From positions 1,888,001-1,952,000 of the forward strand of contig OZ253470.1 in the NCBI GenBank assembly GCA_965261735.1: 64,000 bases of DNA, written 5' to 3'. Under the pieces are notes generated by a model. The model saw only the letters and a program-made list of their open reading frames with translations, was not told the DNA's origin and searched no databases. Positions 29,801-38,153 of this stretch are shown piece by piece (position 1 is the first letter of the stretch; the number at the start of each line of letters is the position of its first letter). This DNA is from Alphaproteobacteria bacterium. Its GTDB lineage: Bacteria; Pseudomonadota; Alphaproteobacteria; SHVV01. The translations under genes and the position numbers were made by a program.

Positions 29801-31488
29801 TCGCCGGCCGCATCCGCGCCGGGTTCAAGACCGGCGCTTACGGCTTCTCCCTTATCTGCTTTATTGGCGGTCTCCGGGACGCTATCGCAGTCATCGCTGT
29901 TGTCATCGTCATCGTCCGCGACGCGTGCGACGGTCTCCCAGCCCTCGCCAATGCGGTAGAGCGCGGAAAGATGGCGGCCGTGGGCCTGACCGGCGAGGAT
30001 GACGCTTTCGAGCTGGGCGTCGGACAGCAGTTTGTCCGTCACGACACGCACGGGCAGCATCGGGCGGTACGACGGCACGGGATGGGGCACCGCCGCCATG
30101 GCGGCGGATTGCACCAGCGGCGTCGGATGTTCGCAGGCGCCGGGAATGCGCGCGGTCCGGGGACACCAGGGCTCGTAGACGCCGGCATGGGTGGCCTCCG
30201 GTTCGCTTACCTTGCCTTCAGGGTTGGCGGGTGAAGTTTCGTAGTCGAGTTCGGCCACCGGTCCCCAGTCGCGGACTTGCGGGTCTGCGGGTCTGGTGTT
30301 GGGCGCGGTGGCCGCTGCCCGCTTACGCGGGGCCGGCCGTGCGGCGGCATGGCCGAACAGATCGCCGGCCGGAACAAGGGCCGCGGCTATTGGCACGACC
30401 GCCTGCCGCTGCGGCACATTGGCGGCGATAGCTGCAAGCAGCCCGGCAGCGGTGGGGACGGATTCCCGCGCGTCGATCGGAACGCCGGATGCGTTCGCAC
30501 GATCGATTACGGTCAGCCGGGTATCGAAAGTCGTGCCGCGCCGTGCGTAGGCGCGCCCGTCGATGGCGATGGAAAAGACGGTGCGCGGCGGTGGATCGAG
30601 GCGCTCGAAGGCGCGGCTCCAGGCGGCATCGCCCGGGATGCAGCCGGCCGACGTGATCGCCACCAGCCGCCCGCCCGCCGGGAGCATGGAAAAGGCGGAA
30701 CGGATGTGGCGCAAATCCGCCTCATGGCGGATGCGCTGGACCCCGGGGCTTGCCGAGAACGGCGGGTTCATCAACACGATGGTGGGATGCAGGCCGGGCA
30801 GATAGTCGGCGATGGACTCGGCGTTGTGGCGGGTGACCGGCGCGTGTGCGAACAGGCCTGAGAGCAACCCGGCGCGAACGGCGGCAATCTCGTTCAGGTG
30901 CAGAGGATCCCCCGATCGCGCGTCATCGGTGCGCTTGCCGAGGGCGCATTCGGCCATAACGGCGAGCATGCCGGTGCCGGCCGAGGGCTCCAGCACGATG
31001 TCGCCGGGCCGGATGGCGGCGGCTTGCAGCGCGGCGTAGGCGAGCGGCAAGGGAGTGGAGAACTGCTGCAGGGCAAGCTGTTCCTCCGACCGCCTTGTCT
31101 GGGACGGCTCCAGCGCAGCCAGGGTTTCCAGCATGGCGAGCATGGCGGCGGCGGATCTCGGTCTGGCGCCGGCCTCGCGGCGCATGAGGCGGCCGTAACG
31201 CTGGATGAACAGCACCATTGCGGCCTCGGCCGCTTCGTAGGCGTCCTTCCAGACCCAGGCGCCTTGCGTGTCGCTGGCGCCGAAGGCCGCGCTCATGGCC
31301 TCGCGCAGGGTCTTTGCATCGAGCGCCCGGCCCGCCTCCAGGTCGGGAAGCAGAGCGGTTGCGGCGGCCAGCAACGCGGCAGGCTTCGGGCGGACGCCTG
31401 GGGTATCGGCAATAGCTGGGGATGCGGGAAGGGGCTGGACGGCGGGCGGACGCGCGGGCGCGTTCGCCGCCGGTTGGGCGTCGAGCAT
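26878..31488 (-). CDS. Methyltransferase fused to strawberry-notch-family helicase
   Basis: LEPSAGTG and NPPF methylase motifs; LSDAQLES, LGDGTGCGKGR, VFDEAH, GTGRSYHAD, QGLGRTHR. Confidence 0.9.
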   Translation of the reverse strand: MLDAQPAANAPARPPAVQPLPASPAIADTPGVRPKPAALLAAATALLPDLEAGRALDAKTLREAMSAAFGASDTQGAWVWKDAYEAAEAAMVLFIQRYGRLMRREAGARPRSAAAMLAMLETLAALEPSQTRRSEEQLALQQFSTPLPLAYAALQAAAIRPGDIVLEPSAGTGMLAVMAECALGKRTDDARSGDPLHLNEIAAVRAGLLSGLFAHAPVTRHNAESIADYLPGLHPTIVLMNPPFSASPGVQRIRHEADLRHIRSAFSMLPAGGRLVAITSAGCIPGDAAWSRAFERLDPPPRTVFSIAIDGRAYARRGTTFDTRLTVIDRANASGVPIDARESVPTAAGLLAAIAANVPQRQAVVPIAAALVPAGDLFGHAAARPAPRKRAAATAPNTRPADPQVRDWGPVAELDYETSPANPEGKVSEPEATHAGVYEPWCPRTARIPGACEHPTPLVQSAAMAAVPHPVPSYRPMLPVRVVTDKLLSDAQLESVILAGQAHGRHLSALYRIGEGWETVARVADDDDDNSDDCDSVPETANKADKGEAVSAGLEPGADAAGDGEALSAPVRFRRGWMLGDGTGCGKGRQVAAIILDHWLRGRRRALWLSASDKLLEDARRDWAAIGGKEADIIPLGKFRQGAEIPQEAGILFATYATLRSPARQGKSSRLEQIVGWLVDGMDEDSRHAFGGVIVFDEAHAMANAAGAKGSRGDTAPSQQGRAGLRLQNALPDARILYVSATGATTVPGLAYARRLGLWGGADSGGETPFEQRTDFVTAMEAGGVAAMEVVARDLKALGLYQARALSYDGVEVELLEHPLTPEQRRIYDAYAGAFKVIHRNIEDALKATGIMEGDATLNKNAKSAALSAFEGAKQRFFGHLLTAMKCPSLIRSVKADLEAGHACVIQLVSTGEALLDRRIADIPVSEWDDISVDLTPREACLEYLAHAFPVQLQEPFTDDEGNLMSRPVTDAEGNPVLCQEAVAARDALIEKLAALPPVQAALDQILHRFGGEAVAEVTGRSRRVLRIADSSGERLALRNRPASANLAETAAFMAGDKRILVFSMAGGTGRSYHADLGCGNTARRIHYLLEPGWRADQAIQGLGRTHRTHQASAPLFRPVTTDVKGERRFIATIARRLDSLGAITRGQRDSQTAMGGGDATLFRASDNLESPYAKVALRQFYIALWRGNIAGWSMDRFEDATGLKLIWEGSLKEDLPPMPRFLNRLLALPIAEQNELFAELETRIEANIEQAIEAGTHEQGVETIRADSLTVASREAVHVHQASGAATELVEIVRRDRLVPLQADDALALRDGRPVINTRSKRAAVVLPAPSRMFEDGGVEARVRLVRPAAREPMATADLAASNWEDSVEDHWRALWDAEIEGLPSHTESRLWLVTGLLLPIWDRLPGENMRVRRLATDAGESLLGRVLTPEQAHAFRDAFGLAGGPVMSPAEMHEAILTRGASFDLANGWRLARRRLMGAGRVEIEGPDDGDLAALKRMGCATEIVSWRTRVFVPQYIDLGRILDRWPLAAANPA

Positions 31489-31682
31489 GAATGATCTCCC
31501 GAATGGATAAGGGCGGGCCGGAGCCGGAGCCCCGGGGCCTTACGGCTCCGGCGAAGGGCTGGGTGGTGCCGGAAGCCGGTGTCCTCGCTCTCCCGGCCCC
31601 GGTTCACCCGGCCCGGGCGCAACCCGCCTCCTTGCGGGCGGGAGCACGGATATAGAGGATTATGCGGGCGCGGCCCGCGGTA

Positions 31683-33035
31683 TCAGGCTGGTCCGATGTC
31701 GATGCGCTCGCCCCAGGGCTCTCGGTTCCTTGTGCCCGGCGGCGGCCCCCAGACGCACCAGGCCACAGGATATAGGGGCGCGATTTCGGGGTAGCTGTCG
31801 CATTCCATGTCGGTCAGGTAGAGGCAGCAGCCTGGATGTACCCCATGCTCATGGAGCCAGGCGAAGCCAGGCCGGAAATCGGTCCCGCCGCGTCCCTTGA
31901 TCGTGATGCTGTCCGGTAGTTCCCCGGCGGGATATTCGGCCGCGTCCTGCAGCACCGCGTCGACCTGAAGGACGAAGATGCTTTCGGGCTGCAGTTCGGC
32001 GGCGATTTCGCGAACCTCGGCCCAGAACAGGGCCAGCGTTTCGCCCGGCAGCGAGCCGGAGGTGTCGATGATGATGGCGATGGTATCGATGCCCTCCGAG
32101 TGCATCGAGGGCAGATAGAGGCCGCTGTCGATGAAGCGCCGGTTGGGAACGCTCCAGCTATAATCGCGGCGCGCGGCATCGGTCATGTAGCGGCGCAACA
32201 GCGACCGCCAGTCGAGGATGCTGCGATGCGCTTGCCGGATCGTCTCCTCGACCGCGCCCGGCGCGTTGCCTTGCGCCCGGGCGAGGCTCGCTGCCTGATG
32301 CATGGCCTCGTCCCACGCCTGCTCCTCGGCGGGCGTGTCCAGAGGCGATTCGCCGGACTGGCCGGTGGCGTCGCGGCGCTCGTCCGCGTCCATGACCTCG
32401 CCGGTGCCGCAAGGGTCGTGGCTGGCGGGCATTTGCCCGGATGGTTCCGAGCTCGAGCTCACGTCACTCACACTCGATTCGTCCTGCTCTTGCGGTTCGC
32501 AGTCATCGGTTGGATCGGACGGATCGCTTTGGTCTTCGTCGCCGTCACCGCATTGGGGGCCGGCAGCGCTGCCACTGTCATCCACATCGCTGGATGAAGA
32601 CGCATCGCCCGGATCCTCCCCATCGTCGGACGGTTCCGGGAGCCGGTCGTAGGCCTGCTCGGCGCTGATGCCGTCCCAGGCCTCGGCCTCGGGCGGCAGT
32701 GCGAAGCCCGCGTCGCGCAGCAGGCCGTGGGTGACCAGCTGAGAGGCCCGTTGCCAGCGCTCCGGGTCGCGGCCGCCCCGCCGGGTGTGATGCTTCAACG
32801 CACAGGCCAGGACCACGCGCGCAAGCGCGGTCTTGATGTGATCGGCGTCCGTGTCCGCCACCCATTGGGGCGCGTAGCGAATGTCCTTGCCGTCACTGCC
32901 CAGGGTCTCGCGGGTTTCGTCGGGGCGGATCGGCAGCCTTAACGCCAGGCTGCCGAAAAAGGGCTGGTCGCGCAGCAGCGCGGTCACGCAGTCGCTGACA
33001 CGCCGGGCGGATTCGGAGCGGGCATGGGCGGCCAT
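31683..33035 (-). CDS. DUF2201-like metallopeptidase-VWA protein with degenerate peptidase motif
   Basis: QPFFGSLAL, acidic linker, LDWRSLLRRY..YSWS.PNRR, MIDAS IDTSGS, GRGGTDF, YLTD; the expected HExxH position reads RVVLA. Confidence 0.85.
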   Translation of the reverse strand: MAAHARSESARRVSDCVTALLRDQPFFGSLALRLPIRPDETRETLGSDGKDIRYAPQWVADTDADHIKTALARVVLACALKHHTRRGGRDPERWQRASQLVTHGLLRDAGFALPPEAEAWDGISAEQAYDRLPEPSDDGEDPGDASSSSDVDDSGSAAGPQCGDGDEDQSDPSDPTDDCEPQEQDESSVSDVSSSSEPSGQMPASHDPCGTGEVMDADERRDATGQSGESPLDTPAEEQAWDEAMHQAASLARAQGNAPGAVEETIRQAHRSILDWRSLLRRYMTDAARRDYSWSVPNRRFIDSGLYLPSMHSEGIDTIAIIIDTSGSLPGETLALFWAEVREIAAELQPESIFVLQVDAVLQDAAEYPAGELPDSITIKGRGGTDFRPGFAWLHEHGVHPGCCLYLTDMECDSYPEIAPLYPVAWCVWGPPPGTRNREPWGERIDIGPA

Positions 33036-33946
33036 CAGGCTGCCTCCCTGTTTGGGATGTGCCCGTCCGTGGCGGCGGGCGCGAAGTAGCCCGCGAATTG
33101 CGCCGTGAGCGCATCGGCGTCGCGCTTGACCTGCCGACGGAGGTTGGGATCGAAGCGGCCAGACGGGCGCAGGGCATCGGGCTCGATACTGGCGAACTTG
33201 TCCTTCACCTCCCGGCACAGCATGGCCAGGTCGTCGTCGGCGAAGATGTTGAGCCGGGGCACGACGTCCACCAGCTCCCTGATGTTCTCGATCAGGCTGT
33301 CCCGGAACACCAGCGGTTTGCCGTTCTCGTCCTCGCGCAAGCGTTCGCCGACACGCTCGACCGCCTCGCCGAGGCGGCGGTAGAGATCGCGCTGGGCATC
33401 GTTGAGGCGGGTCCGGACCTGTTGCTCGATGTCCCGCCTGACCCGCTCGGTCTCGCCCTGGGCCAGATCGGCCATGAAGTGGCGCGCGTCGGGGACCGGG
33501 ACGATGCGGTAGCGAATGGCGAACTTGCCCTGAAGCGCCTCCGTGTCGGGATAGTCTTCCAGGCGGAACAGCCGGCCGAGGTCAAGGCGGGCCTGGTCGA
33601 CGTAATCGTCGTAGTCCTCGATGAAGCGGGCGCGCTCGCGCACCACGCGCTCGACCAATGTGTCCAGCGCCGCGGTGTAGCGGTCGTAGTTGGCGACGGT
33701 GAGCAGGCGCCCGCCCTGGTCGTCCCAGGGCAGGGTGTTGGCATAGTGGCTGGTCCTCGCATTGCTCATGGTCGCGGCCAGCACGGCGAAGGCCTGCTTG
33801 GGCAAGAGGCGTTTGTTGTAGCGCCCGGCATTGGTGTCGGCGTCGTGATGGATGGCGACCTGTTGGCTCGCCTGGCGGTCGTAGAGCCTGCCGGACCAGG
33901 AGTTGATCCGCAGGCTGACGAGCATGGCGTCATGTGTGAGGTTCAT
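33035..33946 (-). CDS. Conserved hypothetical protein (DUF3150-like) between the AAA and VWA genes
   Basis: MLVSLRINSWSGR, AGRYNKRLLP, HYANTLPWDDQG.RLL; coiled-coil C-terminal half; AGGAG RBS. Confidence 0.7.
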   Translation of the reverse strand: MNLTHDAMLVSLRINSWSGRLYDRQASQQVAIHHDADTNAGRYNKRLLPKQAFAVLAATMSNARTSHYANTLPWDDQGGRLLTVANYDRYTAALDTLVERVVRERARFIEDYDDYVDQARLDLGRLFRLEDYPDTEALQGKFAIRYRIVPVPDARHFMADLAQGETERVRRDIEQQVRTRLNDAQRDLYRRLGEAVERVGERLREDENGKPLVFRDSLIENIRELVDVVPRLNIFADDDLAMLCREVKDKFASIEPDALRPSGRFDPNLRRQVKRDADALTAQFAGYFAPAATDGHIPNREAA

Positions 33947-33969
33947 GGCATGGGTCTCCTGGGGTGGGG

Positions 33970-34995
33970 TCAGCGGGTTTTGGCGGCGGCCCACTGGATG
34001 AAGGCCTGGGTGTGCTGAAGCGCGGGCTCGCGGCGGATGCAGGAGCCGACGAGGAACTCGCCGACCTCGCGCCGGAGCCGTGTGGCGTAGGTGACAATGG
34101 CACCGAGATTGATGTCGTCGGCCATCCTGTAGAGCGAGCCGCAGAGCGCGATCAACGCGCTGGCGTTATCGGGGACCACGGCGCCTTCGGGATCGTCGAT
34201 GACGGTGCGGGGATGGGGCAGTTCGTGCCAGACCTGCAAGAATGCCGAGAACTCGACCGCCGCGGCCTCGCCGACGGTGCCCCGGAACAGTGCCCGCTCG
34301 GCGACGGGATCGAGGCCGTTCCGGCGGTGCACGATGTTCGAGACCATTTCCCATGTCCTCGGACATGGAAAAGCTTTCTCCGTCGATTGGGGGTTGAAGG
34401 CGTGCAGCAACTCGGGGCGCATCGACACGAAAAAGAGGACCTCCGGAGCAATTCCATTCGCCGCACCCCAGGCACACCAGTCCGACGCATCGACCCGGAT
34501 CTCCAGGTGGACGAAGCGCGAGGCCAGCGGCGTCGGCATGCGGTGGACAACGCCGCGGTCGCCCTCGCGGTTGCCGCAGGCGATCAGCGCGGCGCCTTCG
34601 GGGAGTTCGTACTCGCCGCACTTGCGGTCGAGCACGAGCTGATACAGGGCGGCCTGCACCATCGGCAAGGCCGAGGGCAGTTCCTCCAGATTGATCAGCC
34701 AGCTTCCGTCCGCGTCCGAGGGCGGCAGGAAAGCGGGCGGCGCCCAGCGGGTGCGGTCGGCGCTGTCGCGCCACGGGATGCCGCGCAGATCGACCGGGTC
34801 CAACAGCAGGGCGCGGACATCGACATACTCACGGCCGGCTTGCGCCGCGACCTGCTGGGCGATCTGACTCTTGGCGCACCCTGGGGCACCCCAGACCACC
34901 ACCGGTTGGCGGGCTTCGACCAGCAGCGCCAATGTGCTGGCGAGTTCGCTCGGGCGCAGCGAGTAATCGGCGGAGATGGTATCGGGCTCGGTCAT
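33970..34995 (-). CDS. MoxR-like AAA+ ATPase
   Basis: WGAPGCAKS (Walker A variant), DPVDLRGIP, INLEEL (Walker B variant), ACGNR, PLASRF.HL, PCPRTW. Confidence 0.88.
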   Translation of the reverse strand: MTEPDTISADYSLRPSELASTLALLVEARQPVVVWGAPGCAKSQIAQQVAAQAGREYVDVRALLLDPVDLRGIPWRDSADRTRWAPPAFLPPSDADGSWLINLEELPSALPMVQAALYQLVLDRKCGEYELPEGAALIACGNREGDRGVVHRMPTPLASRFVHLEIRVDASDWCAWGAANGIAPEVLFFVSMRPELLHAFNPQSTEKAFPCPRTWEMVSNIVHRRNGLDPVAERALFRGTVGEAAAVEFSAFLQVWHELPHPRTVIDDPEGAVVPDNASALIALCGSLYRMADDINLGAIVTYATRLRREVGEFLVGSCIRREPALQHTQAFIQWAAAKTR

Positions 34996-35206
34996 GGCAT
35001 GCTCCAGGCTGGCACGTGGGATGGATGAGTTGCGGCGCGGGCGGCCCTCTCGGGCGCCCCGCCTTTTGCCCCGCCTCCGGCTTCGACACCGGCTCTCGCC
35101 GGCCTGTGGCCCGGCATGTGCTCGGGCGGGGTTCGTGGAGCGCGGCCGGGAAGCGGTCGCGGTGCCGCCGTTCAGGGTTGCCGGCGGTGGGACGCCGTCC
35201 TGCCGC

Positions 35207-35644
35207 TTACGGTTCCCGCCCGTCAGGCCGGTTCGCCGGCTTTGCCGAAGCTGTGGCGACGGCGGGCTTACCGGCAAGGATGCGAGCAGCGGCTTCGAGT
35301 TCGGGTCCCGATTCGACGATATGCCCCGCGGCGCGCGCGGCTTCGGCGTAAATGGACAGGGGAAAGGCCGCGGCAAAGTGAATATCGCGCTCTATACCGA
35401 GCCCGAAGGGTCCCCGGTATTCGGTCAATTCGAGCAAACCGATTGACCCTAATTCGGGTGTGCCCAAGCCCAAATCAGCCAGGCCGAATCCACATTCGTC
35501 CGGGAATTCGGGATCGAGTTCCGAGAGCAGCCAAGTGCCCGCGCGGCATGGGTTGAACAGTTTGACCACGGGCTTATGGTCGGCGCCTCTTCGTGTCCCA
35601 TTTGCAAGCAGCTTCGTGCGCTGTTCTTCAGTGAACAGTTTCAT
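35207..35644 (-). CDS. DUF2958 family protein
   Basis: LLANG, PVVKLFNP...TWLLSELDP, FGLADLGLG.PELG, IERD.HF. Confidence 0.85.
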   Translation of the reverse strand: MKLFTEEQRTKLLANGTRRGADHKPVVKLFNPCRAGTWLLSELDPEFPDECGFGLADLGLGTPELGSIGLLELTEYRGPFGLGIERDIHFAAAFPLSIYAEAARAAGHIVESGPELEAAARILAGKPAVATASAKPANRPDGREP

Positions 35645-35810
35645 GGAATGGTCCTCTCTAATATCGGTGATCGGGATGCAGCCGCACCAAGGCCGTCCGC
35701 GGCGAGCCGAAAACCGGCCCCCGGCCCGGAGTGGCGCAAGGCAGGCGGATAGCGATGGATGAATGCCGTCGGCGGTCAGCCGGCCGGCGTCGTTCCGGTA
35801 TCGCCGGGAT

Positions 35811-36275
35811 TCAGAATGAGCACGCGTGCAGGGCCTCCGCTGACGGCACATCCGGAGCGCCATCGGCTCTGCGGGCGATGGTGACCAGAGGCTTGTTGCC
35901 CGGCGGGGCCGGCGGATCGGCGACCTCCGTCGTGACCGTGCCGGCGTCTTCGACGAAACGAATACGGACGGTGCCGCCCGTGACCTCGATGCCGCCGGGC
36001 GGTCGGAGGCCGGTTAGCGTGACCACGGGCGGTTCGCCGTTCTCAGTGAAACGGTCGGGAACGGGGAGCGCGGTATCGCCCCAGGGGTCGGCATCCATGC
36101 CCTCGGCCAGGGCCTCGACGAATGTTTGACTGGCTTGGTCGATGGACTTCCAGTGGGGATCGTCGCCGGCTTGCTCGATGGCCTTTTCCAGCGCCGCGTC
36201 GAGGGTATCGGCTTCGATCGTTACAGTGTTGTGGTAGTGCGATGCGTAGCCGCAACAGACGGTATAGTGAGTCAT
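35811..36275 (-). CDS. Hypothetical protein
   Basis: Start overlaps the GHKL gene stop; GGAGG RBS. Confidence 0.65.
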   Translation of the reverse strand: MTHYTVCCGYASHYHNTVTIEADTLDAALEKAIEQAGDDPHWKSIDQASQTFVEALAEGMDADPWGDTALPVPDRFTENGEPPVVTLTGLRPPGGIEVTGGTVRIRFVEDAGTVTTEVADPPAPPGNKPLVTIARRADGAPDVPSAEALHACSF

Positions 36276-38062
36276 TGGGCCGCCTCCACATTACCGGCAT
36301 CGGTTGTGGCTTCCGTGCATGCGGGTCCGATATCGACGCTGACCTTGCCGCCGCGCACCACGATGGTGACCGTGCGGTCGCGCGGCATGAGCCAGAAGAT
36401 TTCCCGCCATACCGCATCGGCGATGGTGCGCTGGCGGGCTTCCTCGACCGAGCACATGAGCTTGAGCGACATATGCAACGCTTCTTCTTCGAAGCGGGTG
36501 AGTTGCGTTTCCCAGGAGTCCGCCTCCGCGTCGTCGCTGGGACTGAAGAACGCGGCGCGCAGCAATCGGGCGAGTTCCTCGGGCGCGATACCGCTGTCCG
36601 CGGTCACCAGGGGCAGCGCGTCATGGAGCGATGACCATGCCTCGCCCGCGAAGGCGAGATCGGCGGGGACGGCGATGCTGCCGCACTTGCGGAAGCAATG
36701 GCGTGGCGATTCGGGTTGATGCAGAATATTCAGGTGCATCACGATGGTCTCGGGCCGTTCCGGCTCGCCGCCGTCCTCCCCATTGAGGAAACTGTCAAGC
36801 GAACGAACGGCGCCATCCACGGTGACAAGGGTCTCGATGCCGGTGACGCGCGCGAGCGCGTCGTACCAGGGATAACCCTCGAAACGCGGCTCGGGGGCTA
36901 ACAGCCGGAGCGCGGGCTTCGATCCGCCCTGGAGCCCGGTAAGGCCGAGGGCGCGGTGGAGCGCCTGGGCCTCGGGCGGCTCGGGGTCGGCCTGCATCAT
37001 CAGCGCGCCGGAACCCACAGCCGTGAAGGCAGACCGCTCGTCCCAATAGTCGGTGTCGGCGATGGCGGGACGCCAGGGACGCAGGTCGGCGGGCGGCTCG
37101 GGCATCTCGATCCCGGCCTCTTTCGCCTTGTGCCAGTCGGTCCAGGTAAGCCGCGGAGCCGGATCGGCGTGCGCCATGGCGCGGTAGACGGCAAGCCGCG
37201 CGGCTTCGCGCATCTCTTCCAGAAACGGAGTCTCCACCGCCTCTTTCCTCGCCGGCAATACCAGCTCCAGATGGGGGCACGAGTCGATGTCGGCTCGTGC
37301 CGACCAGACACCGCCTTCCACCGTGTCGATCTGGGGCAGGCGTACCGGCAGGGTCAAGCCATGGAAGTTGACATCGGGGACGCGGTAGCCCGCATGGCTG
37401 TCCTTGAAGACGCCGAACACGAGGCCCTTCCATGGCTCGGCATGGAGTGCGCCATCGAGGAAGGCGCGGCGTTCGACGGTCTTGCCGTCGATGGTGACCG
37501 GCAGGGGATAGTGGCGGGCAGCGGTCTCGAGAAAAGCGCGGACCGCGTGGGGCGCCTCGGACGCTTCGAAGGTGACCGCGGTTCCATGGGGCCAGGGGGC
37601 GCTGTCGTCCGGGACGACATGGGCCGCATCGCGGCCGAGGAAGTGAGCGGGCTCCAGCACCAGGCGGCAGCCGGGGCTCGGATCCTGGCCGGGGACGCGC
37701 CAGCGCAGGGTGCAGCCCCGGCGCGAGAGGGCGAGGAGGCCGAACCCGGCGGGATCTTCCGCCTCGGCGATGCCGGCCTTCCAGTTGCTTTCGCCGAAGG
37801 TCAACAGGACGGCGGGATCGGCGATCCCGTCGCCGTCGTCGGCGAGGGTAACGCGGGTGGTGTCGCCGTCCTGCTCGATGGTTGCAGCAACCCGGTTGGC
37901 GCCGCCACGGCGTGAGTTTTGCAGGGTCTCGGTGAAAATATCGGCAAGGCCAGCCGAAAACAGCCGTGTCACCTTGTCGATGGCGCTGTCGCCGACCCGG
38001 GCGTGGATCGTGGCGGAACCATTGCCGGCCTCGGCCGTAACGGCATTCTGTGGGGTAGACAT
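36272..38062 (-). CDS. GHKL (HATPase_c) ATP-binding protein
   Basis: ETLQNSRR, DDGDGI, AGFGLL, GTAVTF Bergerat-fold motifs; AGGAG RBS. Confidence 0.8.
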   Translation of the reverse strand: MSTPQNAVTAEAGNGSATIHARVGDSAIDKVTRLFSAGLADIFTETLQNSRRGGANRVAATIEQDGDTTRVTLADDGDGIADPAVLLTFGESNWKAGIAEAEDPAGFGLLALSRRGCTLRWRVPGQDPSPGCRLVLEPAHFLGRDAAHVVPDDSAPWPHGTAVTFEASEAPHAVRAFLETAARHYPLPVTIDGKTVERRAFLDGALHAEPWKGLVFGVFKDSHAGYRVPDVNFHGLTLPVRLPQIDTVEGGVWSARADIDSCPHLELVLPARKEAVETPFLEEMREAARLAVYRAMAHADPAPRLTWTDWHKAKEAGIEMPEPPADLRPWRPAIADTDYWDERSAFTAVGSGALMMQADPEPPEAQALHRALGLTGLQGGSKPALRLLAPEPRFEGYPWYDALARVTGIETLVTVDGAVRSLDSFLNGEDGGEPERPETIVMHLNILHQPESPRHCFRKCGSIAVPADLAFAGEAWSSLHDALPLVTADSGIAPEELARLLRAAFFSPSDDAEADSWETQLTRFEEEALHMSLKLMCSVEEARQRTIADAVWREIFWLMPRDRTVTIVVRGGKVSVDIGPACTEATTDAGNVEAAQ

Positions 38063-38093
38063 GCGGGTTCTCCTGGTTGTCGATGCGGGAATG

Positions 38094-38129
38094 AAAAACG
38101 CCCCACCGGACTGAAGCCGGCGGGGCGTT
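38094..38129 (-). terminator. Intrinsic terminator after the ParB gene
   Basis: AACGCCCC-CCGG...CCGG-GGGGCGTT stem followed by a T run on the minus strand. Confidence 0.7.
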
Positions 38130-38153
38130 GTCGTGAGGGAAGAACGCGGTGGT

